DNA of 64,000 nt from Ginglymostoma cirratum (Eukaryota). The DNA lies in contig JAHRHZ010000141.1 of assembly GCA_024137785.1 (NCBI GenBank), positions 1,589,944 through 1,653,943 on the forward strand, read 5' to 3'. The notes beneath the pieces were generated by a model. That model worked only from the letters and a program-made list of their open reading frames with translations, was not told the DNA's origin and searched no databases. Below are positions 26,261 through 39,350 of this stretch, piece after piece. The number at the start of each line of letters is the position of its first letter. Position 1 is the first letter of the stretch. Position numbers and translations under genes: made by a program.

Positions 26261-28873
26261 AGCTTTTCAACATTCTCAGTCTGACAACTATTCTCTGTGC
26301 TTTCTGACAATTACGTTTCACTTACGTCATCTCCCCTCCTCTCATTCGCCATCAATTTATGCCCACAGTTTGAGATGATATCCCATGATGGCCTGAAAGC
26401 ACTTTTCCCCTCAAGAATTGCTGCGCGCTATGCATGAAGTCCTTGCAGAAAGTAAAATGTGGCAGACTGTGGGTTAACGTCTCAGGAAACTGAAGATTCT
26501 GACAACAAAACACCTAGATCAGAAGTCTTTAAAGAAACCTCTATTTAATTCCATGCCATTTGGAGTATTACACCGCAGGGATGTAAACACGTCTTTATAA
26601 ACATGTTGTCTGTTAAATATCTTAATCTTAGCCGCTGATTACTGCTCGACCTTGTTAACCTAAATTCCGTCAAAACACCAGGCTGAAATGCATTCCAGCC
26701 TAATCGGCATTTACTCTATAGCCACGATTCGATAACTTTTGAACAGCAGACTCTTGCCATACTGCCACAAGATTTAAAACTCTCACTGTATATCGTGTAC
26801 AAGACAAGGCTCCATGAGTCAATTGTTGCTTCTTCTACTGTCAAATTAAGCAGTCACTATCCTGAAGAAAGTATTTGTCTATAACATCCAGAAGTCACAG
26901 TATGCACTTGACTTACAAATACATTCTCTGTAACAAGATTTGTCTCTCCTCCTTTGTCACCAGTACGATAACAGTGCACTAACGCAGGAACTGATATAAT
27001 AGTCAAAGCCGAGGATACTTTGCACTCAAGAACAGGTTTCCCGCTTTACCCAATCCAAAATAATGTTCATCCTTTTCCCAGCCTGCACCCAATTCCTATG
27101 TTGCATTAACAGAAATTACTCCTCCGTATTCACGTGAACTGGACACCGTAAATGCATCTCATGGAACCCAAAAACAAGACGCTCTCCTGACTCTGCTCAA
27201 CCCACTTTTCCAGAATGCTCCCAACATTGTTGGACCAAGACCCCATGTAGCCCTCAGCTTCACCTCTGAATCATTGTTCACTTGCAAAATTATAGGCGGT
27301 CACAATAATTACTTTGCATATGACCTCATCAGTGCATCGATATATGAAATTAACATCTTGCATTATAAATTAACGTTTTAGACACGCTAAGATGACTTAA
27401 TTCGCGTTTATGGGAGAAAATGGCATTTTAACTGAAAGTCAGAATGTTCTTTATGTGATGGACTTTAAAAAAAGAAAACTTTCTGAAGAATAAGGCCAAA
27501 GCGGGAAAATGAGGTTTTCATGTGGGTTTCATCGTTTTAAGCTAGAAATGTGGGACTTTATTTTTTCAATGTCTCGAGGGAGTTTAAAATGACTTTATTG
27601 GAACGTGATGGATGCGTGTTCGCCGAATATCGCAAAGATACAGATGCTTGTTTACAAGAGAGTCAAAGGTTATCAGGACTATATCATTGATATGAAATTC
27701 AGAAAACAAGCAGTTCAGGCATTGCCCTATCGAATGATCGGGCCAAACGTCACAATTTGATCCGTAACTTGGTGCCCTTATTTTTAGTTCCTTGGAAAAG
27801 CACGATGCTTTTGACCAGAAACAATTCACCTGGATGTATGACACGGTCTAATATATGTTAAATATCTTTTGTGACATTACAGCACATGTCTCAGTACACA
27901 AACTGTAGCATTCCGCATTCGTTCCTATTTCACTTCCAATCAGGACTGTCTTTCAAAATGAGCTACACACATATACAACCAGCTCGTTTTTCTCGCTTAT
28001 CTCGGTTACAGGCCTGAACCATACTTTATATTATCTCTTCGTGTTCTACTGCCAACACATATTGCTTAGCCTTTGTCAGTGTTGCACTTCGTTTGCTACC
28101 TCTTCAGCCTCGATATGGATATTAATTTTTAAAACTATTCCCTTCATATTTTGCAATTGCACTGTAATGATGTGATGTGCCTGTATAATGCAAAATATCT
28201 GGAATTATGGGTCCACCACTGACCCTGTTGGAATATCCACTCCAAACGACCGAACAGCCTCAGCTTACATTGTACCAGTTAAAGTAACTGTATATTATGA
28301 ATTCATCAGTAATTTTGCTCGTTACTATCTTGCGCTGTGTTATAGCAAGTATCTCCTGGGAGACCACATAGACAACTTTAGCCACATTGCCCTGTTCAAT
28401 CGGCAATTATTTAACATTCCAACAATCTCGAGTGTTCTACTTAAGCATTATCTTCGATCTTCACGAATGAGGCCCACGGGGAGTTTAAAATATATGCTTA
28501 TTTTACAAAACAATTTCGTTTTGACTGCATTATTTTTTTTTTCTTTGTAAATCACACCAAAGTCTTAAATTAAACGGGTGAATATAAAGCGCACCTGCTT
28601 CGTATAAATGAACATTTTTACTTAAACAAAGTCCGAAGTCTGCTGTCATATAGATCTCTGGCGCTGTGTGTCTGATTGTAAGGAGAACTGTAAACTTGTT
28701 GTATGCATTCTCAAAATGCTTGCATAAAACATATCCAATGCCAAGGCCTTCTCACATTTTCAGTGGAGACAGCTCATCCCATAAAGCCTCTTCTGAAATT
28801 TGATTGAGTTCTACCAGATGGAATTCAATAACAGTTGGTTTGCTTCGTAATTCATGTTCAGCTATGAGTAAAA

Positions 28874-29570
28874 ACATAGAATCATCGAGTCAAACAGCAT
28901 GGAAAGAGATCCATCCATCTCACCAGTCCATTGTGACCACGTTCCCAAACTAAAGTCGTTCTGCTTGCCTCAGTTTGGTCCGTATCCCTCCAAACATTTC
29001 CTATTAATGTGCTTTTCCAAATATGTCTTAAATTTCATAATTGTACCTGCACACATCACTATCGCTGGTTTTCCCAAATAAAAGCTATCCCTCGTGTCGT
29101 TTTTAAATCTTTCTCTTTTGATCTTAACAATACGCCCCCGTCTTCAAATCCACCACTCTAGGGAAAATGCCTTGTTGTTCACGTTAACGCTGTTCACCTT
29201 ACCTATGCCCCTCTTGATTTCATAAACTTCTATCAAATCACACTCCAATTCCTCTGTTTTTGTGAAAATGGTCCCAGCCTAAACAAGCTATTCAAGCCCT
29301 CCATTCTAGCAGTATCCTCGTAAAACTTTTCTGAACCTTCTTGAGTTAAATACGACCCTACATATAATAGTGAGACTAGACCTGCACAAAACAAATCCAG
29401 AAGAGAAATCACCTACATCCTCTAAAATCTAAACATGATGCCGCAACTCCTGTATTCAAATGTCTGAAGAATGAAGACAAGCGTGTCAAATGCCTTCTTA
29501 AACATCCTGTCTAACTGTGACCCAAGTTTCAGTGAATTATGTACTTGAACCCCTAAACATCTATTTATTT
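28874..29570 (-). mobile_element. CR1/HER1 LINE 3' fragment
   Basis: catagaatcat tail; ORF 29422-29673 LGVQVHNSLKLGSQLDRMFKKAFDTLVFI...EYRS is the CR1 ORF2 C-terminus. Confidence 0.85.
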
Positions 29571-30152
29571 CATACACATGACGTTCTGCTCCAATGTCTA
29601 ATTCGATTTTTTGAACTCGATATGACCCCACTAGGCTTTTCATGAACACATTTACGTTTGCTATGCAAGTCAAAATCCTTGCATTTCATTTGACTTGATA
29701 AGTGCAGTCATCCCTTCTTTGCATACCATTTTCAGTAATACTCAGCCTGGCTTCAATCATACCTCATCACCAGCATCTACTGAATGCAAACATCATTGTC
29801 ATTATCATACTTTCCATCATGGTAATCATGTGGACGTTCTGTATTTCTGTGTCCATGCCAATTAAAACTAGCTGATTGTAAGTTTCTCTTATTTAAGTAT
29901 CGCCGTTTGGCTGCTCCTGAATTCCTTCAGAATGCTTTTGTTCAGATTGATGGACCCAGATGATCTTTTGGTCTTCTGGATTGATAACAATATGACGTCA
30001 ATGTTTTCCATGAACTTTCTTTTTTCTCTGTCATTTTAACTCTGAATGCAACGTCATTTCCATAAAAAAAAGTAGTTTTGTGATCAAAACGTACGGAATT
30101 CTGTTCTATCTGTGAAAATCAAACTTATCATAAGTAGATTTTTAATGCTATG

Positions 30153-30365
30153 CAGAGAAAATAGAGTGTGGAGCTGGAGGAACCCCGCAGGACAGGCAGA
30201 ATCAGAGGAGCAGGAAAGTTTCGTTCGGGACTCTTCCTCAGAATTGGGTCCTGACCCGAAACGTTACATTTCCAGATCCTCTGATTCTGCCTGGACTGCT
30301 GTGTTCCTCCAGTTCCACTCTGTGTTATCTTGACTGCAGCATCTGCAGTTCTAGTTATCTTCTTG
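30153..30365. mobile_element. Palindromic Penelope-terminus-derived insertion
   Basis: Inverted arms; flanks TTAATGCTATG (30142-30152) and TTAATACTATG (30366-30376). Confidence 0.8.
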
Positions 30366-30856
30366 TTAATACTATGTTTCCCTTATCTGCTTGCTCTTTT
30401 GTAAAAACTGCATGGCAAACAGTGTATGCTTTAAAAAATACTTTATATTGAAGTCGCGAAAACAAAGAAAATCACAAGTCACAATTGAAATTGTGAAACA
30501 ATATTCGATATCGTGTCAGCAGATGAATCCATACAATTGTTCTGTCTTCTTATTACATGTTCTGATTCTAAGAATGCAGGACTGATTTCTTGTTCTTTAT
30601 GATTCTAAGAATTCTACCATGAAATTATCTTTATTGCTTAGTAGAATTCGTTTCTAGTACTTTTGTACATGAAAGAGGGAGCCTTCGTCACTCAATGCAT
30701 CATAATGTCTGTTTTAGGAGTTGGGAACGTATACTGAAAACATCATTTTATTAATGACAAACTACTTATATCTGAAGTCTTGTTTTGGTTACTATGACAT
30801 GCTGACAACACGCCTGTAGTATTTTAAGCGCCCACATGTCTTGGTCAAATACTCAC

Positions 30857-30877
30857 CTTCTTTGAAAATCTTCAGAT
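30857..30877 (-). CDS. 21-nt heptad micro-exon, type A, (D)LKIFKE
   Basis: Minus strand: ttttttctctacaatgactcacag|ATCTGAAGATTTTCAAAGAAG|gtgagt. Confidence 0.88.
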
Positions 30878-31804
30878 CTGTGAGTCATTGTAGAGAAAAA
30901 AAAAATGTCTTTTTCTACAAGGTATTATTAGTATGTTCAGTTAATTAAGGTCAGCGATGGCAAAACAGAATTACAATAATAAATTTGATAAGTAGCAGAT
31001 ATTTTTATTAATTTTGTTACATTTGGAAATGTATATGAAAAAATCCAAGCTTCGCCATTTCCGTATATCCATGACAGCAGTACGTGTTATGTTATCTTCC
31101 TAAACGATAGGATACTGTTACCTCTATCCACCTACAGGCTCGTGCCCGTTGATGATTGCTTTTAATAAATATTTCCTTCCTTTGAGATGGGATATTCCCT
31201 TGCCATTTTTAGATGGGGGGAGCTTTCACATCTCGCCTCTCAACAGTAACAAATACTCAGTTTTCGACTGTTTCCACAACGTTAATACTTGCTCCATGAT
31301 AGGTTTACTACCTTTAAGTCCCCTGATCTTAATCTTTTTTATGTACTATTGCTTTTACGCCTTTGTAAATTATCATTGAAAGCAGGCATTTTAAATAGGC
31401 TCAACTCATTTCACACTAAATGTACAATATTTGCAAGTGACTAGCAGTATTGATTTAACCGTCGGATCGATTTCACAATTTGAATCATATCGTTCAGGAA
31501 TTCGCGCCTTCCAAAAAAAAAATTCAAATGTAGGCATACTGTTCAATCGTCAAAGCTACATCGTTGTATCACTCTGACGGAAGCATACTCTGTTTATCAG
31601 CTTCTGCATTTGTTTAAGTCGAATATTTAAAACTGATCAACAGTTGTAAAATCGACCATCGATGTGGATGCTTTGCTATGCCATTCTTAGCATGCAAAAG
31701 AAACTAATTTCACACATTTCGAACTTTCTCTTTGTTCCCTCTCTCCTGTCATCAGTGTCGTTTTAGAATAACTTTTTTGGCTTGGATTGCTGTACCCATT
31801 CCTC

Positions 31805-32594
31805 TGTGTAAAAACTTAAGTTCGTTTTTCGAGACCCTCACGGACTTGATGCAATAACAAGACATTGACCTGTTTAGAAAAACACAATTCCTTTATTACA
31901 AAGCAAGTACAAGCTGTGGAGGATCACTGTACTCAACCAGGCACAGAGTGTAGAGTCTCGTGAGCAGTTCTCCCCGAGCAGCGGACAGTCCCCACTTTTT
32001 ATACCTAATCGAGTGCATAATACATAAAGCAATTTTATATCTCACAATGGCATGTTACATGAAACAATCACTACATCGGACAATGACATGATAACACAAA
32101 CAATTACTACATCGAAAACATAAAGAAAGCAGGATACAGAATCGATTGTTCACAATGCGACTGCTAACAGCAGGAGGCGATTTCAAGTTGCCGAAGTGAC
32201 AGAATGTAAATTCAAGCTGCCAAAGTGTCTGGCTTGAACAAAGGTCAGTGTCCTGGCCCCTTTAACAGAAACAGAAGTCATATTCTTTACAGGATTTCAG
32301 AAGTCTCACACCTTTACAAACGTTGCCGCCTAATCTTATTTGAGACAGCTTCCACATACCCCTGTGCAGGAAGATAAAGATTTACAAAGTTTATACCTAA
32401 TTCTATTCAGGCAGGAAGCTTAAGGCAGTGTCTTTTCTACTTATGTGTAGGAAGGTAAGGATTTACAAAGTTTTACACCTAATTCTAGTTGAGCAGGAAG
32501 TTTTAAGGCAATGCCTGCATTCCTCTGTGTAAGCAGATAAAGAGCATTAATTTATAGAGAGTATAGAAATCAATGGGATGTTATCCCAATAACA
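31805..32594 (-). mobile_element. Solo LTR, ERV-like
   Basis: TG...CA ends; minus-strand TATAAAAA (31996-32003) followed by AATAAA (31892-31897); tandem ~81-bp repeats in the U3-like part; TSD imperfect (cctc/tctc). Confidence 0.65.
32361..32543. repeat. Tandem ~81-bp direct repeat, about 2.3 copies
   Basis: gtg.aggaag.taa.gatttacaaagttt...cctaattcta...gcaggaag...taaggca occurs twice, plus a partial third copy. Confidence 0.85.
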
Positions 32595-32957
32595 TCTCAC
32601 TTACACCTCACATTTTATCGCTGTCTTCTACAACCAAGATGTCTACACTTATTCTTATAAATATGGTTGCATGTGGCTTTCAGTGCTCCAATTAACGGAA
32701 ATGGAGCAGTTTCATTTCATGGCTTCGACTTGTTTCCCGGATGCGGTCAGATATTTTCTACACTTTGTTGCTTAGAAAAGTTGTCTCTTACTTCCATAGC
32801 AACTATGGAAGTAAATCTGTCTTGGCTGCAAATATGGTGTCACCATATCGTGGCAATTTCCGTTCAGTGTCGAGTAAATGTAATTAAATTTGATTCAAAA
32901 AGAAGCTTCATGCTATCGTATCATCGCCATGGTTTACAGAACATGCATAATACTCGC

Positions 32958-32978
32958 CTGCTTTCTCCTTTGCAAGAT
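32958..32978 (-). CDS. 21-nt heptad micro-exon, type B, (D)LAKEKA, GC donor
   Basis: Minus strand: tttttgttctctctgcag|ATCTTGCAAAGGAGAAAGCAG|gcgagt; 3 of 4 differences from exon 19606 are synonymous in phase 1. Confidence 0.85.
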
Positions 32979-33388
32979 CTGCAGAGAGAACAAAAATGAC
33001 CGTGATTAAACATTCAGTCCGAAAAACAAGCAACCACAAATAAATCTCGGGGCACCTTTATAAACAGATGCATTCTTTCAAGTATAGGCTATTGAATTTT
33101 TTCTCATTAAAGTCGAAAATTATCATAATCAAGAAAGAAAATTTTGGACACGTTATTAGTTCCTTTTTATAAAGCAATTGCATTTCTGACTCCCGATGCA
33201 TGAAAATTTGCCTAGTTCATGTTTGAGGACTGCCAATAGTCCTTAATCGAAGTCAGACTTTGGATTGTGAACAAGAATATTTAATCACGTGTTTCCGGTA
33301 TACTCAATCTGTTCTTATGGTTACATTTTCTTTCATTGAAACTATTTTCCGTATTGAATCATATTTCGGTAATTATAAGAACTCTCAC

Positions 33389-33409
33389 CCTCTTTCCCTT
33401 TCTTCAGAT
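33389..33409 (-). CDS. 21-nt heptad micro-exon, type A, (D)LKKGKE
   Basis: Minus strand: ttatgttttggtgaactgaag|ATCTGAAGAAAGGGAAAGAGG|gtgaga; acceptor weaker than the others. Confidence 0.78.
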
Positions 33410-35366
33410 CTTCAGTTCACCAAAACATAAACAAACAGACAAAAAAAAAACACCCAAACTATATCAATTGGTAAATAAGCTTTATCTATAAAGTATTGTC
33501 ATTCAATTCAAGCAGATATTGTTCGTAAAATCAAGGCATCAAACTTCATAAGTGGTTGAATACTCACATAATTCTAATGTCAATCAGGAAAACAAAAATG
33601 TTCAGAGGAGAAAAACAACAATTATACATTGAGGACGGCAACGCGCCCTCTTCCATAATATTTCTGTTCAAGATCTGGCAATCAATACCAACTAGAAAAC
33701 TCCGTACATTTAAACATAAACACTGACTGATGCATGCACTTCAGTTGACCGACTAGACCCGACCTCCACAGCAGTGAGGTACTCAAGTAGATGCAAATAA
33801 CACATTGCATGCTGATTTCTTGCTCACAGAAGTGGAAACAAACTCAGATTTGTTTTGTTTGGGGAGTTTTTTTTTCAATATGCTTCTCTGTAATACTTTA
33901 TTTTCTTCAGTTTCCAACAGGAATGCAAAAGAAAAGTTACATAGTTTAAACGCAAGATAACTTTATTGCAAAATGCCTGGAAGAAAACTAATTCCATTCA
34001 AATTCACATGCTCAGCGCCTTGTGTCAGCAGTGTGTTTTGTAATATATTTTCCTCATCTCGTCGTTTACGTAATTGCATTTTCCCCATATTTCATTTTGT
34101 TGGGAGAATGTGGTAAATCATGAATTGTGGGAACAAAAGGAAGTATTGTACGCTGTGTTTTGCAGAGACATGGCTCAATTTTGCATCATCTGACTTTGCC
34201 TCACAACAGAATGGCTTCTCATTCCAACAGTTGGACTGCGCAGTGTCCTCAGGCAAGGCAAAGAGCGGAAGCATCTGTCTTTTAATCAACATGTCTTGTG
34301 GCTCAGATGTGACGACATTGGCGAATTATTTCTTTCCAGGCATAGAATACCTAAAGGCAAAGTTCCTTTCCTAATACCTTCCACGAGGGTTTATGTACAC
34401 TATCCTGATAGCAGTTTACATCACGCCTCATGCGGAAGTGAAAAGCTCCCTCGAAGAAATACATACCACCACCGCTTGAGGTGGAATACCTCAAAGCGTC
34501 GTTCATCATAGCTGGTGATTTGAACCAGGTTCATCTCAAAAGTGTTTTCCCAAGATACCATCAACACATCTCCTTGACACCAGAGAGCAAATATCCTTTG
34601 TCATTGCGACACAACAATGGAAGGCACTTACCATTCCAACTCGCGAACAAATTTTGAGAAAACATGCCATAATTTTGTGCTCTTCTCCTGGCTGTGAAAC
34701 CCTAAGTGTAAGGCTCTGGCACGAATATTCGTAGCGTGCTGACCTGAGGAAATTAATGAGTTTCTACCTGACTGCGTATAGTCAAATGACTAATGTATAT
34801 TGAAGAACTTCGTGGACAACTTAAATGAGTAGGCAATTATTGTCACAGATTTCATCAGTATGTGTGCAGAGGACTACGTGTCAAGGACTTTAATCCTTAT
34901 GTTTACCAATTGGTAGCCACAAAGAAAAACAGGTCATTAGCATTTAGAATTTACAATTAACAATTAGATTGGTACTCAAGTACAGGGATTCATGAGTCAA
35001 GGAAGGTCACCAATGTCTGTACTTCCTCAGAAGGCGCAGGAAATTCAGCATGTCCAACAACGACTCTTGCAATTTTTAATTGATGCGTCACAGAAAGCAT
35101 CTTATTTAGATGTATCAGAGATCTGTATGGAAATTGCTCTGCCAAAGACGGCAATAAAATGCGCAGAGTTGTGAAAACAGTCCAGTCCATCAAAAACAAC
35201 CCCCCTTCATTTGATTCGGCCTATACTTTTTAATGCTTCGGGAAAGAAGCTAACATAATCAGCAACCCCACTAAACCCTGTTATACTCTCCTTCATATTC
35301 GTCCATCGGACAGAAGATGTAGAAGTCTGAAAACACGTATATTTAATAACAGTGTCTTTCTCTTTA

Positions 35367-36485
35367 TTGAATTGAATGCTGTTTTAAACTTGTGTTTAAA
35401 AATATACACAGTGAAAATTGTCTTATGGCTCCATGCTCTTTTGTCATTTCGACTTATGGAAGATAATTAGATATAAAATGAAATTATTGTATGAGACTTA
35501 AGTATTAACAAAATCAGAGTTCATATTCCTCCATTCCTGTGCTCTGCTCGACATTGGGGTGGACAGTTTCTATAATGCTCTCTAGGCCTTCCAATGTTCG
35601 TCAATCACAGCCGACTCTAAGGCTACTAATTCGGGTCTGTCTCAGCACAGCAGCTAAAGTCTAACATCTCTGGTCCCGAAGCCATTTCCGACCATAGATG
35701 CAGCCTTCTTTGCTGACATCAATGTGATGTCCATTCTGCCACAAATTCATTACCACTAACACTGGACTCAACCAATGTCAGATGCTATCACTTGCCACAA
35801 TGCCAAACTCACTGACGTTGCCTCCGCTGAAGTAGCAGCTGCCAATGCCATCAACAGTTCTGGTGTTCACTGATCTGCAAACTCCTCTGCTGCTATCTTA
35901 CCAGAATCATACATCACCACTGGCATCACAGTGGCTCAGTGGTGAGCACTGCTGCCTCACAGTGTCAGGGACCCGGGTTCAATTCCATCCTCATGCAACT
36001 CTCTGCGTGGAGTTTGTAGTTCTCCCTGCGTCTGCGTGGGATTCATGCAGGTGCTCTGGTTTCCTCCCACAGTCGACAGTTGTGCAGGCTAGTTGGTTTG
36101 GCCACGCTACATTGCCAGTAGTATTCAGGGATGTGTAGATTAGGTGGGTTATTTGGGAATGGGCTGGGTGGGGTGTTCTGAGGTTAGATGTGGACTTGTT
36201 GGGCCAAAGAGCCTGTTTTCAAACTGTATGGATTCTACGCTTCAGCCCGCTTGGGCTGAAAGTTGACGTAATCGTAGTCCACATTGGGTCCATGCTAGAT
36301 CCACTAAAGTCTGCGCTGGGCCCGGTCGTTCCAATACAATCTTTGCAACCAATCTCTGTCCAGAACGTCAGTTCGAGAAGAAAAAAAAGAACAAGAATTG
36401 AGAGAAGAAAGGAGAAGAAATGAAAAATAAAATCGGACTGAGTAGACCAGTCCTGGGCTCGAGTGTCCTACTCCAGAGCCATCTT
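35367..36485 (-). mobile_element. Non-autonomous element with AAGATGGC 5' end and Rex1-like tail
   Basis: Minus strand begins aagatggctctggagtagg, followed by a T/C-rich tract, and ends in a (TTCAA)n tail; same layout as 62740-63436. Confidence 0.55.
35922..36236 (+). mobile_element. HE1-type tRNA-derived SINE
   Basis: A box gtggctcagtggtgagc, B box gggttcaattcc, body tctccctgcgtctgcgtggg...ggtttcctcccacagtc, CR1-like tail gggccaaagagcctgttt. Confidence 0.9.
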
Positions 36486-38329
36486 GGAGAGATACCAGGC
36501 ATATGAATGGAACTCTCCTGAACTAGACTTTACGTTCCTCTGCATTCTGTTTTATTATCTTGATGTACTCATGTAAGATATGATAGTCTGAAGGATGCAA
36601 AATAATTCTTTTCACGCACCCTGGTACATGTGACAATAATGAAAGAAAAAGCAATATCATATCAAATAGTGTTTTGCAACAATATGCAAACCTTTGGGCA
36701 CAACCTGTTCTTTTCTTTGCAGAAGCAGTTTCTATGTAGCAGTGACAGTTTCCATGTCGTCAAGTGGTGTTTGAAGTGTTCAGTAAAAGTATGCCGTTTC
36801 CTCCTCGATATCTCTGACGAAACCATTAATTCTGTTCTATTCACATGTTTACCAAAGTTCTCATGCATGATTAGTGGGTGAGAAGTCAGGAAGCAGAAGT
36901 ACTCAATTCAATGAGATTAGACCTCAAATTAAACAGACTTTACATGGATAAATTTAACTTTTGACTTGTCTGTTCTTTAAGAGTGTTCAAACCTACAGTG
37001 TTCTCATAATAGCATTCACGCTGCACAGATGTGTCAATGTGCCTAATTTTCACTCATTCTACAACATCTATTAAAAAAAATGTTGTTAATATGTAACTCC
37101 ATATCTGCTATCTGTTAACAGACGTACAGGTGTAGTTGTGTTTGCCTAGCATGTAATAAATGTACATGTGTATCTAATTTTGCTTATCTCCTGATTGATC
37201 TGTTATTCTGGCATCTCTCTGTAGCCTGATTGCCACGTTCCTACTTCCGTCTCTGTGAATGTATGTAAAAATATATTTAAGTGAGACACGTCAATAGTTC
37301 TCTTTAAATGCTTGGCCCCTTGTCAGTGCGTTTCTTTCTTCTTTGTGTATTGAACCTCATTTTCTCTCTCACGCACATGCACAACATGGATGAAGACCGA
37401 ATTCCATCGCTACTATCATGTCTTTTCACTCCAAAAGTTTCCCAATGCATTGCACTTTCCAGAAATTTGTGCTTATTATGTTTTCTTTTAATTTACAACT
37501 TTAGTAAAGAAAGCATAGTTTACATAATTCTATTGTGTGTTGTGGTGTTTGAAAATAATCCTGACTCTGTTTGTCAGTATGTCTGTCTTGCCTCCAACAT
37601 ATTAACTGTGAGGCAACTCAGTCTCTGCACAAAAAAGAAACAAAGATACAAAACAAAACTTACTTCATGTTCACAATGAAAGGCGTGTCATATTTTGATT
37701 GTTGTAAGGTCAAACTATTCATAAGGGCTAACCATGTCAATGCTTCACAGACTTGCATCTAAAGTAATAAAACCATGAAGCCCATAGAAATATTGATTTA
37801 AATCATAACTCCGCTCACCAGATTCTTCCTTCACAAATATAATCGGACAAAAGACTCCATTATCAAAAGGAAACCCGAAAGTTAAGTATCAGCAAGGTCA
37901 ACCTTTGTTTTCAAAATTTATGATGAAAAGAAAATAGAGTGTTAATGCCTCAGTCAATGGAAATTTGTTTTCTTTATCTTTTTCAGTCGAAAGTGATTGA
38001 GGCACAAAATGGAAACAACTTGTACTCCATCTTTTTGATACACATACATTCATGTCAAGTTGTGTTTATCTCATCAGGTGATTTATGACTTACTCTATCT
38101 GAATGTGGATGAATGATTGTAATGGAAGAGCAGTGTTGAGCTGTTTAATAATAAATTACGTGTGATACCCTGGAATTAGTGACGAAAATGGTGACCATAG
38201 TTCAATGTCATTCCAGCTGTTCTTCATTTGTTTTTGCAGTTTATGGAATGCGATGTACAATCGTATCATTTCTGCAAAATCTTGATCATTTATACCATTA
38301 TAACATTTATTTTGATTTTTTTCCTTTCA

Positions 38330-39350
38330 TTCGTTGGCCCTGGGCGATAATATTGACTCTCTTCCACTCTCAGGTGAATCTATACGCGGCTGTAATGATC
38401 GATGTATCTACCACAGGCTCTGTTACACTTGGGGCAGAAGGTGATCGTGGGAACGGGAAGGTGGGATATTAGTGTGGCAGCATGCTCTTTTTAGCCGTTT
38501 TCATCTTCCTTCAACTTTCCCATGATGGCAAGTCTCAGGGAACTTGAGGCCCTTGACACATTCCCGAATGCTGCTCCTGCACTTTGGACAGTTTTGGGGC
38601 AGTTATTCTTAGTGTTTATGGGAATGTCACACTTTGCCAGTAAGGCCGTGAAAAAATCATTGAAGTGTTCCTCTCTTCCCATGGGATTCACCTCTCATTT
38701 TGAAGCTGGTATTGGAGCAACTGCTTGGGGAGTCTCGTGTCCGTCATGCAGACAACATACCCAGGCTATCATAGCCGATTAAGACTGGCGACCTCCTTGA
38801 TGCAGGAGTTGATTTGGTTGATTGCTGGTATCTCTGCGGCTTTATTCTAAGCATATTCAAAGAATATTGTACAGCCAGCGTTAGTGATACTATTCCAGCA
38901 CCTTGAAATGTCTGCTGTGGGCCTTCCAGGTCTCCAAGCTCTATAGAAGGGTGGAAAACCAACACAGCTCTTAAAAACATGATCTTGGTGTCGGATCCGA
39001 CCCCTGAAAGCCCTTTTCCTCAGCCAGCTGAAGGTTGTGCTAGCAAACAGGAGGCGGTGCTGCATCTCTTCATTAATAGCTGTTTTTGCCGACAGGACGC
39101 TCCTATGTAATGGAAATGGTCAAACTACTCTAATGCCTCCCTGTGGAGATTGATGATTTGGCGTTCGCTCCACAATGCTAAGCCAGTTTGATGGAAGGCC
39201 TTCACCTTGCAGATGTCCAGGGTGAGACCTAAGCTATCATATGACTCCATAAACCTACCAACAATGGTCCCGCGTACATTCTCTGAGTATGCATACACAG
39301 AAGAGTCATCTACGATGTGCGATGACGCAGATTGGGTGACTCGTTTTGGC
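38330..39350 (-). mobile_element. RTE-clade LINE 3' fragment
   Basis: ORF 39125-39481 IVDDSSVYAYSE...IV..F...GLTLDICKVKAFHQ matches RTE RT YADD..AHSE..LQ...GL..N..KTKV. Confidence 0.7.

Larger units (their letters stand above)
34115..36650 (+). mobile_element. Rex1/Babar LINE remnant, internally deleted and interrupted at about 35367-36485
   Basis: ORF 34120-34374 LCFAETWL...GFS...SGKAKSGSICLLIN is a Rex1 AP-endonuclease; 3' end ggtacatgtgacaataa at about 36625. Confidence 0.8.
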
